This document shows positions 37,301 to 50,900 of a stretch of 64,000 nt of DNA, one piece after another. Under the pieces are notes generated by a model. That model saw only the letters and a list, made by a program, of their open reading frames with translations. It was not told the DNA's origin and did not search any database. Origin of the DNA: Dimorphilus gyrociliatus (lineage: Eukaryota > Animalia > Annelida); assembly GCA_904063045.1 (NCBI GenBank), contig CAJFCJ010000031.1, forward strand, positions 343,503 to 407,502. Reading direction: 5' to 3'. The position numbers were made by a program, and so were the translations under genes. Every line of letters begins with the position of its first letter. The first letter of the stretch is position 1.

Positions 37301-38032
37301 CCTAATTTGTCAGTACGTCCCCTTCTCCGCCTAATCTACCTCTTTTCTGGGATAAAAAGAGAGCGAGAAAGAGCAAGGGGAAGTAAGGAAAGAAAATCCC
37401 CGTGTCAACGGAATCTTATGTCGTAGTGTGCATAAAAAAAACACTCTTTTAGATAATCCTCTTCTTTGCACACGCAACAAACAACATGCAATCGCGGGTA
37501 GTCACGCTAAATGCTTTAAAAATCTGACAAACGCTTCGATTGCGTGAGAACAAGCACTTTGACGAATAATCTCGACTTTTTTTTTAACCAGGTCTCATAT
37601 AAGAACCATTCGAAATGATAAAGCATGTGATAAGTGTGTTTATATAGGAACAATAGGTTTTAATAAAGTACACTGTTCGTCGCAGATAAAAAAATATACA
37701 ATAATACCAGCAGCGTGTATATTTTGTCAGCTGTTTGCGGATATATTTAAGAAGCATCTGTTCAGCGTTACCTTTACCATTGCGACGTCTATAAACAGTT
37801 AGCCTTTGTCTTCGAGCACCAAAACTCCGCCCAATCGTCGCTTTAACAATTGTACACAAAACAGTATTTTACATATGACTGAACACAAATTTCACACATT
37901 AAATTTATATATATAAAAGAGTAAGATATGAAGCCACGCCTACCATCTGACCCTAAATCCCCCTTCGTTTCAATTTAACATTTTTCTACACACCAATATT
38001 TCATGTAGGCTAAATGAGTGAGGTTTTTCAAA

Positions 38033-38065
<33 letters not shown>

Positions 38066-41000
38066 GTTATAATAAAGTATAGAATACTTGTTTGTGCTTT
38101 TTTTGGCAAATATGAAAAGAAAAACTGATATAAGAATAGCGAATTGATTGCCAATAATCGTTAGCTGGTTTATGAGCCGTTATTTATATTTCTAATTGAG
38201 ATAGAGTCGATATTGAACTCTATAAGGGAACAAACCCTTATGTTAAATAAAGGAAAATGTACTACATAATTGACATTGGTACGGCATCTCGACGACGCAT
38301 TGCGCGGACAAAATGAAAAAAGTAGACAATTTCTTTACGCTTAACTCTTCTCTCTTCCCCCCCCTCTCTCTCTCTTCACTTTACTTCTTCCCTTTAACGT
38401 CTTTTTTATATAAAAAGTAGGTTTTATTTAAATGCTCTTTATACAGCTAATCTGTAAGGTAAATTTAACGGTGGAAACAATTAAAATGTCACGTGATCAT
38501 TGAGTTTGAAACGACAAAAAAAGGGACTTAATTAACCTTAAGTTCTTTTTTTTTATTATTATTACGAATTGAGCGATAGGGCGCCAAGATTAAGTGAAGG
38601 GATAAGTAGTTGATGCGAGATAATACCTAACTTATACGTAGACGATCGATAAAAGGCCAAAGAACGAGGTCGTAGTGTCGTTAGCGATGGTGCACGCCTG
38701 ATTAGCACGGTGGATGATGCATCGGTGCACAAGGAAGGAGAATATTTTTTCCCTTCATTCTACTACAGTCTTTTCCGCAGGTCACAGCGGCGTCAACCAA
38801 TTGGGCGGTGTTTTTGTAAATGGCCGCCCTTTACCGGATAGTACAAGACAGAGAATTGTTGAACTAGCTCACAGTGGAGCAAGGCCTTGCGATATTTCAA
38901 GGATACTACAAGTTTCAAATGGATGCGTGAGCAAGATCCTCGGACGATATTATGAGACTGGCTCGATCAGGCCAAGAGCAATAGGTGGTTCAAAACCTCG
39001 AGTAGCCACTCCGGATGTTGTGCAGAAAATTGCTCAATATAAAAGGGAATGTCCTTCAATCTTCGCCTGGGAAATCAGAGATAGATTGCTATCCGAAGGC
39101 GCCTGCAATCAGGATAATATACCGTCGGTGAGTACCAATTTTTTCTGTATAATTATAAAAAGGGGGAAAAGAACCAGGTTAATGGTAAGATGACGAAGTA
39201 GAATTTATCGAGATAGAGTAAAATAGGGACAGAGAGAGAGGGTGGGAAAGAGAATATGATTGAATCGCAGTCTTTATTAGATATTTATTCGGTTCGATAA
39301 AGAAAGAAAGAACATCTGCGCGTTTTAAAATACCGCATCAAAAATGAGTTATGCAGCAACTTTGTCCAACGTTCAAGAGCTCAATGGCGTCTTTGCTGTT
39401 CAAAGGGTATTTGGGGCGGCACCAGCCCTCTGGCCGTCCGCCACTCCCCGCCCCAACCCCATCGATATTTATATAAATATACATGAAAATATACTGTACA
39501 CCATAAATGTCATTTTTAAGTTATTCTCTTTTCTTGGAAAAAGTAGGTCAAAATCGCTGCAAAGCCTATGATGGGATTAAGCAAATAGCATTGCGTTTTG
39601 CAGTCGAGTTGTTACGCCACGCGTTTGTTTCGTCTAACATTTTGTGTCGATGGAGAAAATGACGTGATTAGCGGAAGCGTTGACAGGGTCACGTGGTTGG
39701 GCGACGAAAATCAGCGTAAATTTGTTTGCTGATACTTGACGGATACAACGTCGGAAATGTTTACAGAGGTTTTTAGGGGAAGAGGGGATAGGAATGAAGA
39801 AGGAGTTGAATTCGAGTAGCATTTGGGTATTTATACTTGAAAAGAGTATAACAGGTTAATCCTAAAGCGAATTTACAGACGCCTTTATTAATTAGTTTCT
39901 TGTCTTAACCCTGCGACCCTGGCTTAAAGCGAGAGAAAGGATCCCGTAAGCATGAGTGACGCTTTGCAACACCATTGCCTGGCGTAACATCAAAGAATGT
40001 CGCTGATTGCCGCCATTATGCTCGCAAATTGTACGCATGGCGAGAAGTGGCGTTGTATTGTAATGGCGCGTACCACGCAGAGCAGCAAACTAGACGCCTC
40101 ATGTCACGCACAATCAACACCGTCCCTTCTGATTTCAACTGACATACAACCGCGGTTACGCCGTTGCTAATGATAAGTTTTGTTACTTAGCTTCTGGGCA
40201 AACTTTACCGCACACCAGCAGAGTTTCTCATTAGTCATACAGTAGAGTGCATAGGGGGAAAGAGAGAGCCGCATCTGACTTTCAAATCACCTCTTTAATA
40301 GAATACTTCATTGTCTATAAGACGCCATGTTGAAGAGGGCGGATACTAATCAGCACCAATCTACAACACAAACAAAGACAAAAGATTAAGTATAGAACTA
40401 CGGCGCCGAAATAAACATACTGACCAACCTTTTTACCAATATTTTCACTGCGGATTTTTGTTATACTTAATTCTTATACAAAACATTCACTTGTCAATTA
40501 AAGAACTTTTCTTTATGTATATATGTACAAAGTACTGTATATATTGCATAAATATATTCCATCGTATGCAACATATTCATATAAATATGCATACTTTATT
40601 ACCTTCCATAACATACCTTTAAAACATTCAATTCATTATACATGTACAGTTTATATACGATATAATACCTATATTATTATTATACATATATATATATAGG
40701 TGTATATACATTTGTATATACATGAATATTCATGATATGCAGTTTTTATCTTGTATATTTTTTAATATGCATTAACATATAAACTATATACATATATAGA
40801 CAACGGTCGTGTCATCACGAACGCTGACAATGGTGTCCACTACCGAACTAGGTCAAGCTGAAAATCGAATTCCCAGCTGAATCGAGCGTTCAACGTCTGT
40901 TTATTTGCATTTTGCTACGAAAACTATTGCTTTTCTATTGCAACTATACCCTATATATATATATATTTACGCTTTATGGAACAATTTACGTTATATAGAA

Positions 41001-44000
41001 AAGTAGAAAAAACTTTACAAAATCAATTTTCTTCATATTTTATTAAAATCTTAATTATGTTACTATTTAACAAAGTAATGTAGAAAATGTATTGAGTACA
41101 TTTATACGAAGTAACGCTAGTTAAAATGAAGTTGACAATGCTTCTAATCGATTTGTAAGAAGGAAGAATTAAAAGTGCAGGAGAAGAAAAAAAAATAAGG
41201 AATCAGAGAGTCCGACTAAGTTGGCGGAAACGAGTTTTTAACAAGCCGTACATATACGCTTTTTTTATACTTTAACCCTTTTATATATTATATGTGTTTA
41301 TTGTATACGTATAATGCTAAAGGTATAGTATATCCTGGCTCTTTTTTTTCATATATCACCCAAGTTGCCTAAGCGAGCAGGGCACTTTGACGCCGGCGGG
41401 CACCGCGCCAGATGAAAGATGTTAGATACTCTCACTATTGTAAGACGAGATCTCATAATTGATTGTCAAATGTTTTCGTGACGTCATATGAGTTTGATGC
41501 GTTACGTGGCGACATGCGCAGCGGGCTTCGGTCCTCCGGTAAAAATAGCCCTTAGCTAAAATAACTGTTTGGCAAACCTATATACAGTATATGTGTGTGT
41601 TCCATTTTTCTTCATTTTTCTTTATTCAATAAGATATACTATTAAAAGCATAGTATAGACATAAGTAGGCCTAAAAGGGAAACGACGGGATAGTCAATGG
41701 CCATTAGTAGTCAGCTTGGCGTCCGAAAAAAGCCAGCAAGGTAACGCTGCGCTTCTATTGTTTTATTGATTACCTACTGCATTGTATCCGATGCCTTTGA
41801 GCGATATCGAACGGTGATTGGTCAATAACTTCGCTAACGGCGTTTGTTTTTATATACATTTTTAGTATTCCATTAATAAAACTATATTTTAAAAAGCATT
41901 TTTTTTGCTATTATAGCTTTTCTATTAATAATCTGTAAAAAAAATCTAATTATTACATCAATTAATTCTTTTTCTTTTCTCTTCTTTTACAGGTCTCCTC
42001 TATTAATCGAGTTCTACGCAACCTGGCCTGCGACAATCAAAAGAGTTTGTCTCATGCTAATGTTATGTACGATAAATTAGGCCTTTTAAATGGACAATCA
42101 TGGGCAAGACCTAATCCTTGGTATGCCTCAAACGCTATGCCAAGTTTGGCGGCTCAGTATCATCCTCCGGCGCCTATCAGCCCACCAGAAAGGAAAAAAG
42201 GTTTGTACGATCATTTTTTTAAATATGATAAAAAAGGAAAAATTGCCGTAGCTAATGCGAGGGGCGTGGCGGCGAACCGGTGCCCGCCCGCCCGCCCGCC
42301 AGATGCTCAATAACAAAGTAGGTCGTTTAGTTTGTCTATAAGAAAAAGAATCTTAACGAAAACTCATAGGCCGATTTAGAAATAGAGCCGGACGTTATTA
42401 GATCGTTCGAAATATAGTTCTGTATAGTGTGTTTAATGAGTGGAGACCTCCTACGGAGTTAACTAGCGCTTAAACCTTCAACACGCGGCGATATATACAT
42501 GCGCGCATGTTATGAACGGGAGCTAAAGGCCTTTATAAAGGGCGAAAGTAATAGAGTATGAAAAAAGCGTCTACGCAATAAGACGTATGAAAAAAAATCG
42601 TTCAAAAAGAAATCCTAACGTAATACTCCTTAGACTATATATAACGTATAGTATATTCTTTATATATATATATATAGACGGCGCGTGCTACACAATAAAA
42701 TACTTAACTAATTCCGTCTTTGATCGAGCCGCTGCAGTGGCCGGTACCGGCTTGCAACTAGGTCAGCACGCCAACGTAGAACATCAAAGAGACGACGCTA
42801 ATTGGAACGAGGTGATAATTAGCGATTCTGATTGAGTTTGCGGAGCGTCGGTGCATATGATGCGGTGCACCGCAAAAAAAAAAAGTGTTAAAAATTCGAA
42901 TCTTATAGATTTTTTTTTTATTTTGCTGTCAAAAGAATAAAATAAGTCGATACTATTTTTTGAACGATTCAGGGTTTTTATTAATTAAGTCTTCAAAGGA
43001 GTTTAACTAATGAAAATAATGAGGATTCAAAAAAAAAAGAAAAGAAAAAGAACGATGCAACAATGTATCATTCATAGAACAATGAATGCTTGTCTGACTG
43101 TTCTGTATATAAGATATATAGGAAACTGAGCATATATAAGTTTATTGGTGTGTGTATATATTTCATAAATATATCAATAAATTATATAATTTAAGTAATA
43201 CGAGACAAAATGAGTATGTAAGCGTAAAAATTATTCATCCCCAATTCTGTCGGTTTCTTTATAGCTCTCTCAGAAGATTCGGAGAGTTTAGACGGTGATA
43301 CAGGTTCTGATGGTGGAGCTGGAGAGAGTGACGAGCAAATGCGTTTAAGATTGAAAAGGAAACTTCAAAGGAATAGAACGTCGTTCACTCAAGAGCAAAT
43401 CGACTCGCTAGAGAAAGGTATGCAATGCCATCTGGTGTGATCTTCATTCTTTCCATTCTTAAATATTTGTTCATTATATAACTCTTTTCAAATTAAGTAA
43501 TTATGCAATTTTGATCAAATTGTTTATTATTGAAAATTGTAGAATTCGAACGAACTCATTACCCGGACGTGTTCGCGCGCGAAAAGCTAGCGGAAAAGAT
43601 TCAATTGCCGGAAGCCCGTATTCAAGTTTGGTTCTCAAATAGGCGTGCCAAGTGGAGGAGGGAGGAAAAGCTAAGGAATCAACGACGAGAAAATCCTAGT
43701 ATACCGATAAATAGTAGCTTCACAAATAGCGTCTATTCGCCCATACATCAACCGGTTTCAATGACCGACGCGTACAGGTGCGTAACGTCTGTTACCTACG
43801 CTTTATAATGCGTATATCGAACGGATTAATCTCTTAATTTTCCTCTACAACAGTATGCCCCCCGGTGCGGTCAACTATTCCCTTGCCAGCAATATGACGC
43901 CTCATAACCCGGCATGTTTGCAAAGTTCTACATCATCATCATCTTACTCCTGCATGCTGCCTGATTGCACCAGTGCGGCAAGGAGCTATGACCCTTTAGC

Positions 44001-44214
44001 GGGATTTGGAGGCTACAGTAGAGCTACCAGTTGCGCTAGTATGACTCAGCCAATGGGCCATCAAAACGGGTCAGCATCAACAGGATTAATCAGCCCTGGA
44101 GTTTCCGTACCTGTACAAGTACCCGGCGGCTTACAAACGGCTCACGATCCCAACGCAGCTCACATGGCCTCGATGAGTTCGATGACTTCTCAATACTGGC
44201 CGAGGCTCAATTGA
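34398..44214 (+). CDS. Pax6: Pax6 (paired domain, linker, paired-type homeodomain, PST tail), about 446 aa
   Basis: Exons 34398-34443 ([15 protein letters not shown], inferred first coding exon, acceptor ends 34282), 38781-39127 (paired box [13 protein letters not shown]), 41993-42200 ([23 protein letters not shown]), 43274-43417 ([13 protein letters not shown]; alternative acceptor 43265), 43543-43777 ([30 protein letters not shown]), 43854-44214 (..[23 protein letters not shown]). Total 1341 nt, in frame. Gene identity is certain; the first exon is inferred. Confidence 0.97.
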
Positions 44215-44359
44215 CTGATTCATAATTATTCATAAATAATATTACTTATATAGAGAATATATATATGTATATATACATATTTAATACCACAAAAGTAAAT
44301 AAATATGTATATGTGTATATGTATATATTTTTTGTCCATATATTTCTCTTTTTCTCTTA

Positions 44360-44360
<1 letters not shown>

Positions 44361-44396
<36 letters not shown>
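44361..44396. repeat. (CT)n tract in the presumed Pax6 3' UTR
   Basis: Direct reading. Confidence 0.9.
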
Positions 44397-44400
<4 letters not shown>

Positions 44401-44938
44401 GTCTAACTTTTTTGGCCGATTATACGAATAAGGGGTCGGCTTTCTCTCCCGGTCGAGTTGCTTACGTAATTAAGCGAACGCAAACGGAGCGATTACGTAA
44501 AAAATAAGAGACTTTATTTTATTTTATTTTGTTCAAGCTTCATTATTATTCTTTTTTGTCTCTGTTTTTTATTAAAGGAAAACAAAACAGACAAAAAAAA
44601 ACATACTAAAGTAAATATATATATATATGTCTCTTTTTGGTCTAACACTATATCCTTTTGATGAGGGGCTTAATTACGAAACAAAGACAAGGGAGAGGGT
44701 TGGCAAAATGGGTGGTAGAATATAAATTCCCTTTCTTTTTTTAAAATAGGATATATTCGCATAAAAAAGAAAAATATGAGAATATCCTTTAAAAAAAATA
44801 TAAGTAGAAAGAAGAAGAAAAGAAAAAGGGAGGGGAGAGAGAGAGAGAGAGAAGGAGAGAGAGAAAAAAAAGCTAAATAAAATCGTTTAAATGTTTTTTT
44901 TTATTTTGGTGCTTGTTACACTTTATTTTTGTTGAAAC

Positions 44939-44941
<3 letters not shown>

Positions 44942-44981
<40 letters not shown>
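44942..44981. repeat. (TA)20 microsatellite
   Basis: Direct reading. Confidence 0.95.
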
Positions 44982-44985
<4 letters not shown>

Positions 44986-45123
44986 TCTAATATACATTTA
45001 TAAATATATTTTACAAACATAAATATGTCTTCGTATTCATAATGATTGTTTTCTTTTTTTTGTTCGAATTTTTTCATCATTACGTGTTGTGACGAATTAA
45101 TATATACAAAATTCATATATACT

Positions 45124-45156
<33 letters not shown>

Positions 45157-46763
45157 TTGTATATATTTTTAAATTATATTAAACAGTAAAAAAATAAAAA
45201 AAAGGCAAATTATAAAAAAATTTATGAAAAATATCGTTCATTTTTCTTCTTCTTCTTCTTCTTCTTTCTCCCTCCTTTCCTCTCTCTCTCTCTCTTCATG
45301 TCCAAAATGCCTAACGCTTATCGAATTTTTTTACCATAAAATTTACACCATCTGCCACACTCTTCAAGCTAAAAAGCTCCAGTTTTTCGCGTACTTGAAA
45401 TATGTACATATTTAATTTTATTATTACTAGAAAATTTACTATAAAGGTAATAAAACGAACAATCTTTTCCTTTATATTTATATATATAAGTATATTTAAT
45501 GAACGATATTAACTTTTTTTTTAAATAAAAAAAAATTGAAAGAGAAATAAAGAAAGAAAGGAAAAGACCGATTAAACGTAGAGAATAAAGAGTAAAATAC
45601 CTTCTACCGCTTACGTAATTTCTCTTCTTTAATACAACCGATCACATGACATAGTTTTTTCCTATTTAACGTTTTAACAGTCTATACGGATCGACTGGCG
45701 TCAAGTGGTGGCGCGTTTTTTTTTTGTAGTATACTCGATGTTTTTCTTTTGAATTTTCCATTGTAAAATGACCAGTTTGGTCAGTATTGAATTTTTTTCA
45801 AGTAGGACACATACGTTTGGAAATAATCCTTGATAATCAAAGCGGAAAGATTACGTGCGTATGTACAGCATACATACCATAGAGATGCAAAAGATGTTTT
45901 CTTAGCATAAAGAATATGGAAGAAGAGCTGTTAATTTATAAGCATGTATATCGTATAATCGCATGCGCTTTGTAATTAATTCGGCAGTCGTGGTCGCTTT
46001 AATTCAGTCTTAGTCGGACTTTTTCCTTCCGCGCTGTCAAACTCAGTTAAATGCGATGGTAGCGCCATCTATTGTACGATTCGTGAAATATTCGTAGAAT
46101 TTTTTTTTTTCTAAATTAACAGTTTTTGGACAGTAGAAAAAGAAGAGAAAAAGACAAAATTTTCCCGAATAAATCTTTAAAGTGTATATAAACCTTACAT
46201 AGATAAATGTTTGAAGTAATTCGTGTATGCATCAATATATATATACAATTTTTTTTATAATTCTTCTAAAATAGGTCATGAAAATAAAACTATAAAAGGT
46301 TAAACGCTAACTCAATATATTGCGGAAGAAAAGAGATTAATAAAATATTCATGTATATTTTATTAAAGATAATAAATTGAAGAAAAAACAATTGATACCA
46401 ATGATTGAGCCGACGGCGGTCTACACATGGTCGATAGTGCAAAAGACGTAATTATTCGCGCATTTAGTCTCAGCTATTGTGAAACGTCCGTATTAAATGG
46501 GCACAGATAAGTTAGGAAGGATCGTTTATAAAAGCAAACAATTAACCTGTCATTACGAACACCTCATTAACTCTTTGTTAAAGAATCTAGATAGTTTAGG
46601 AAAGAAAAGAAAATGGTATGTAATAGTAGAGGTAGTAATCTATTTAATTAACTATATTTCTTATTTTCCCCCCTCTAAGGAAATGAAAAGAGAGCCGAGT
46701 TAAGAAATGAGAATAAATAAGAATGTGAGAAGCAGTGAGGGAGAGAGTGAGCGAAAGAGACAG

Positions 46764-46768
<5 letters not shown>

Positions 46769-46794
<26 letters not shown>
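46769..46794. repeat. (GA)13 microsatellite
   Basis: Direct reading. Confidence 0.95.
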
Positions 46795-46798
<4 letters not shown>

Positions 46799-47912
46799 AA
46801 GAGAGAAGTGAAGGGGGTGGGTATGGTCACTTTGTATAATTAAAGGCGTTTCTCCTTCTCACTTCTCTCTTTCTTTCATCAAACAATTTTATTTTCACAT
46901 TAATCAACTTTATTATCATTCCTTCTTTAAATACGTAATCGCCTAACAGATGCACAGCGGCAACGTTCTAAAGACCGAATAAGAAATTAAAGGAGAAAAG
47001 GGAGAAAAAGAAAAAGGGAACTTTATACGGTCATTTTACAAGATTCTCATTTTTAAATAATAATACCAAAAGGAGGAAGAGGGTGGGAAAGGGATCGGTA
47101 GTAAAAGTATACCAACACTTTATATATAGCCCGAATCTAGAAAATAATATACATATAAACCTATATACACATATATATACACTTAATCTCTTCATCATTA
47201 ATAGACAAGTGAAATTGTAGACAGTCGTAGTATAGCGGAGTAACTTTGATGTGTCAACGTTCATTATTCTGCACCAACGACTTGCCTTTATTATTCTGCC
47301 GAAAAGAAATTTCAAATATTTCATTTTTAACTTTATAATATATAATATATATACAATTTACATATTATCCTATATATAGAATATATTAGTATTATATATA
47401 TACATACTATTTATATAATTTTTCCTCAATCCCATTCAATCTCTCTCCCATCCCTCTCTAACTTTAAGATTTCTCATTTATCTTGAAATGATATATAGCT
47501 ATTTCTCTAAAAGGATATCGAATAATTATGGGATTATCTTATTAAGTGCTAAAGCGTGCGGGGATAAATTGCTGTATAGTTTTGATACATGTAATCTTTT
47601 ATTGAGGGTAAGTAGTTTATTAATTTGTAGATAAACAAAAACAGTCGAAGTGAAAAAATTCACTCGAAAGTTTCTAAGAGTCGGCACTCGGATCTCAAGT
47701 GTCAAATCTCTCAAACTACCATCCTTTTGTCATTCAATTCTCATTGTATTCTCATTATCCTCTTAAACTGCCGTGCGGCCGGTATCTACAACTATTTGAC
47801 GCACGCTCAATTCTTTTCTCTTTTCTTCCTTCTTTCCTATACATGCTTCTACCTGCCTTTCCCTTTTTCCTATTATTAAAAATCCTTCTCTTACAAATGT
47901 CTTATCTTCTTT

Positions 47913-50900
47913 TTAATACGAACCGCTTAAACAGGTCATCTCCTCGTCATCATCGACATCTTCACCTCCTATTTCGAACTCATCGTCTACTTCCTCGTTG
48001 TCTCTTACAGCTAACCGATAGGCTATTTCGAACGCCTGGCCGAGCGTAAGAATGATTTCGGTCGATAAGGCCTGTATAAAAGAAAGTAAAAGAACATAGA
48101 TAGCCGAGGGGAATACATAAAAAAATAATCTTGGAAAAGAAAAAAAAAAGGAGAGCAAATCACAGTATCAAGAAAAGTCAACTATAAAAACTTTTAAGAC
48201 AGACGGATGGAATCAAAAAGTCGTTAATTTGGCCGACGTGGCCTGTCGTCGTTTCTCACCGGTAGCGCACATTCCATCAATCAGATTATGCAGGTGCGTG
48301 CATCATGACACAGCATGGTGCTACCGGATATATTCGCACATATATATATGTCTATATATAAATAACAATCAATATATAATGGGCATATATACGTATGCAC
48401 GATTTAATGGGGAAAGCAAAAGGTGTAGGTCATCCCTTACCCCCCACAAGTGAAACTGGTCGAGTGAGAATCGAAAAGAAAAGAATAAATTTTCCCCACC
48501 TCCCCCACAAACCTTCTTCGCCCTCCGCCCCTTCCGCAAACTCTAAATAATAAAAAAAAACAACACACACACACACATATTCACACGAATGCATAAATAC
48601 AAGACATATAGAATCGAAAAAAAAACTTACTGCATCAACCGTCGAAAATAAATGACATTCATGACGCCTTCCGACGTTTTCGCTGACGTACGCAAGGAAC
48701 CGTAGAGTTTCATCCTGACCGGCGCTGTAGACGTTCCTAATATCATGCGATGCTATTGGGCGTTTATTAGTAGCATCTTGAAAAGATATTTGACGGTGGG
48801 AGATGAGAAAATCGACCGATTGCCCGGAAGTTGTGCCAAACGTTTTCTGAATATTATATTAAAAAATGTATCAGATTTGGTAAAAGATTTGATAAATATG
48901 AAAGCTATATCTATTTACACACACACTCTATAAACAAAGGATATGCAGTACACAGAATATACTGTATGTGTACAGTGCTTATTTATACAAATTGAATACA
49001 GCAGTCTCTACTATATACAATATAATATATTATAGGAATCTGTTGTAAAAAAGTAAAGAAAAAGAGCTAATCGTTTTATTAGGGGCTCCCGCAAGGCGAA
49101 AAATACGAGTAAATATAATTGGAGAAATGTGAAAGCGACGCGACGGATACTCTACTTTTCTTAATCGGCCGCCAAAACGGCGCCGTTAAGATTAAGCTTA
49201 AAGCCCATAGGCCATTTGGGGATTAATCTTTACGCACGGCGTCGGACGTAGCTAAGAGGTAGCCGATTAGAAAAAGGGGACTAAAAAATTAAGGGAATTC
49301 TTTCTAAGGAGGAGGAAAGAGGATAAACTTCGGATCAAAGGAAGTAGGGTGAAAAAAATAGGTGGGAAAAGTGCAAGAAAAGAGAGAAAGAAAGACAAAA
49401 AAAGCAATTAAAGGAGAAAACGAAGAGAAATTAGTGAAGGGATGCGAAAACGAGGGTCAAGTGTAGAGATCTCATTAACACTCTACAAATCCGCTTTCTA
49501 CCACGCCTACTTTTTAATTACACCATTCTGGTCGTGACTTGGCATAATGCGTATATTACGTATACCATTATTTACACGTATGCTACTATATAACTCATAT
49601 TCCGCGGCATTTTTCGGTCCCTCCCACTTTTCCCCTCCCGCTTTATTGCTTTTCTTTCTCTTTCTCTTTCTTCATTCATTAATTCTTTTCGCTTTCTCTC
49701 CCTATTCATAGTCCTATTGCAACCCCTTAAGAACTCATCTTCCTCGTTTTTCTTTTGGCGGTGAAGATAAAGGTGTTGGACGCCACGGGCAGCTTATTCA
49801 CTTGACCGCACCCGGTCACTGTACATCCATCGACACTAAGTATGTCCGTTGTAATCCATTGTCTATCAATGGTGCGTATAATGCGTAGCTCGGTAGCAAA
49901 CAGCAGCCTTAGCACCGCCGAGCACCACACACCGAGATAACAATCAACCATCTGCGTCATATTCTACTATGACGTCATGCTCATTAAACACCCTTCTTCT
50001 TTTTTACTTTTTTATCTGCCAATTGAATCTTATTTGCAAGTTCTTGAAAAGAGAAAAAAGGAACGAAGGTGAGGGAAAACTCCTCAATCCACATTCTTTT
50101 AAATTCAACATTAACTTATCCCCACTCTCCTTCCTATGAGATTATCGCGAACGACTGCCTCGGTAAACTGCCGTCGGCCGCTTTCTCTTTCCTTTTAAAG
50201 GGCAGTAGAGCTCAAAACCTTTCGGATATGGGAGGCACCGCTCCGTAAAACGGGTAAACAACGGAACAAGAACGTGTAAACGTCACAAAAATCGAACGCT
50301 TTAGCAAATAGTTATTTTCTTATTCCCTTTCTGCTCTACTCATTAATTCCTTTCCCTCTCCCTCTTCCTCTCCCTCTCTGTCATTCGGTTATTGTCGTAT
50401 TTAGGTGCTCATTTACCACCTGGTTTTGACATATTTACTTGTGTTAATTCTATTCTTTATTACAATTTTTTCGTTTATAACTCTAACATTTGTTACTGTT
50501 TTTTATTTTAAAGGTGAATTTTAACAACAAAGATAGTAGTTTATCTCAGAATGTCAAAGTTTGAAAAAAGCGCCAAAAGCGAGAATGTTTAACGCTAGAA
50601 CAAGCAGTACCACGCGCACAGGTCAGCGAGCTAACGAGGTGCATCTGTGCAGAAAGCTCCTCTCAAAAGTCACTCGGTTCGAGGCAAACTACCGTCTCAT
50701 CCTATTCTAATCGACACGCGACCCCTTCCCCGCCTCCCCGTCGTCCTGGGTGACGATCCAACAGTAGAGGAACTATGCTGTACTTACAAGGAATACAGTA
50801 TGCTAGAAGGGCGGGATGGGCGTTAGGTTCTTTCCCCCCTCATCCGTACTGAATGATTTTCAAACTATATACCACCTACCACCTAAGTGGCGAAGAAAAG

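Noticed and set aside
42729-42811. 83-nt Pax6 exon ending at donor 42812 (..DANWNE)
   Set aside because: It ends in phase 0 while both homeobox-exon acceptors need phase 1, so it would frameshift.
49727-49960. 77-aa minus-strand ORF in the large ANKS1 intron as the missing PTB exon
   Set aside because: The PTB N-terminal exons were found at 52098-51997 and 51797-51726 and splice in phase without it.
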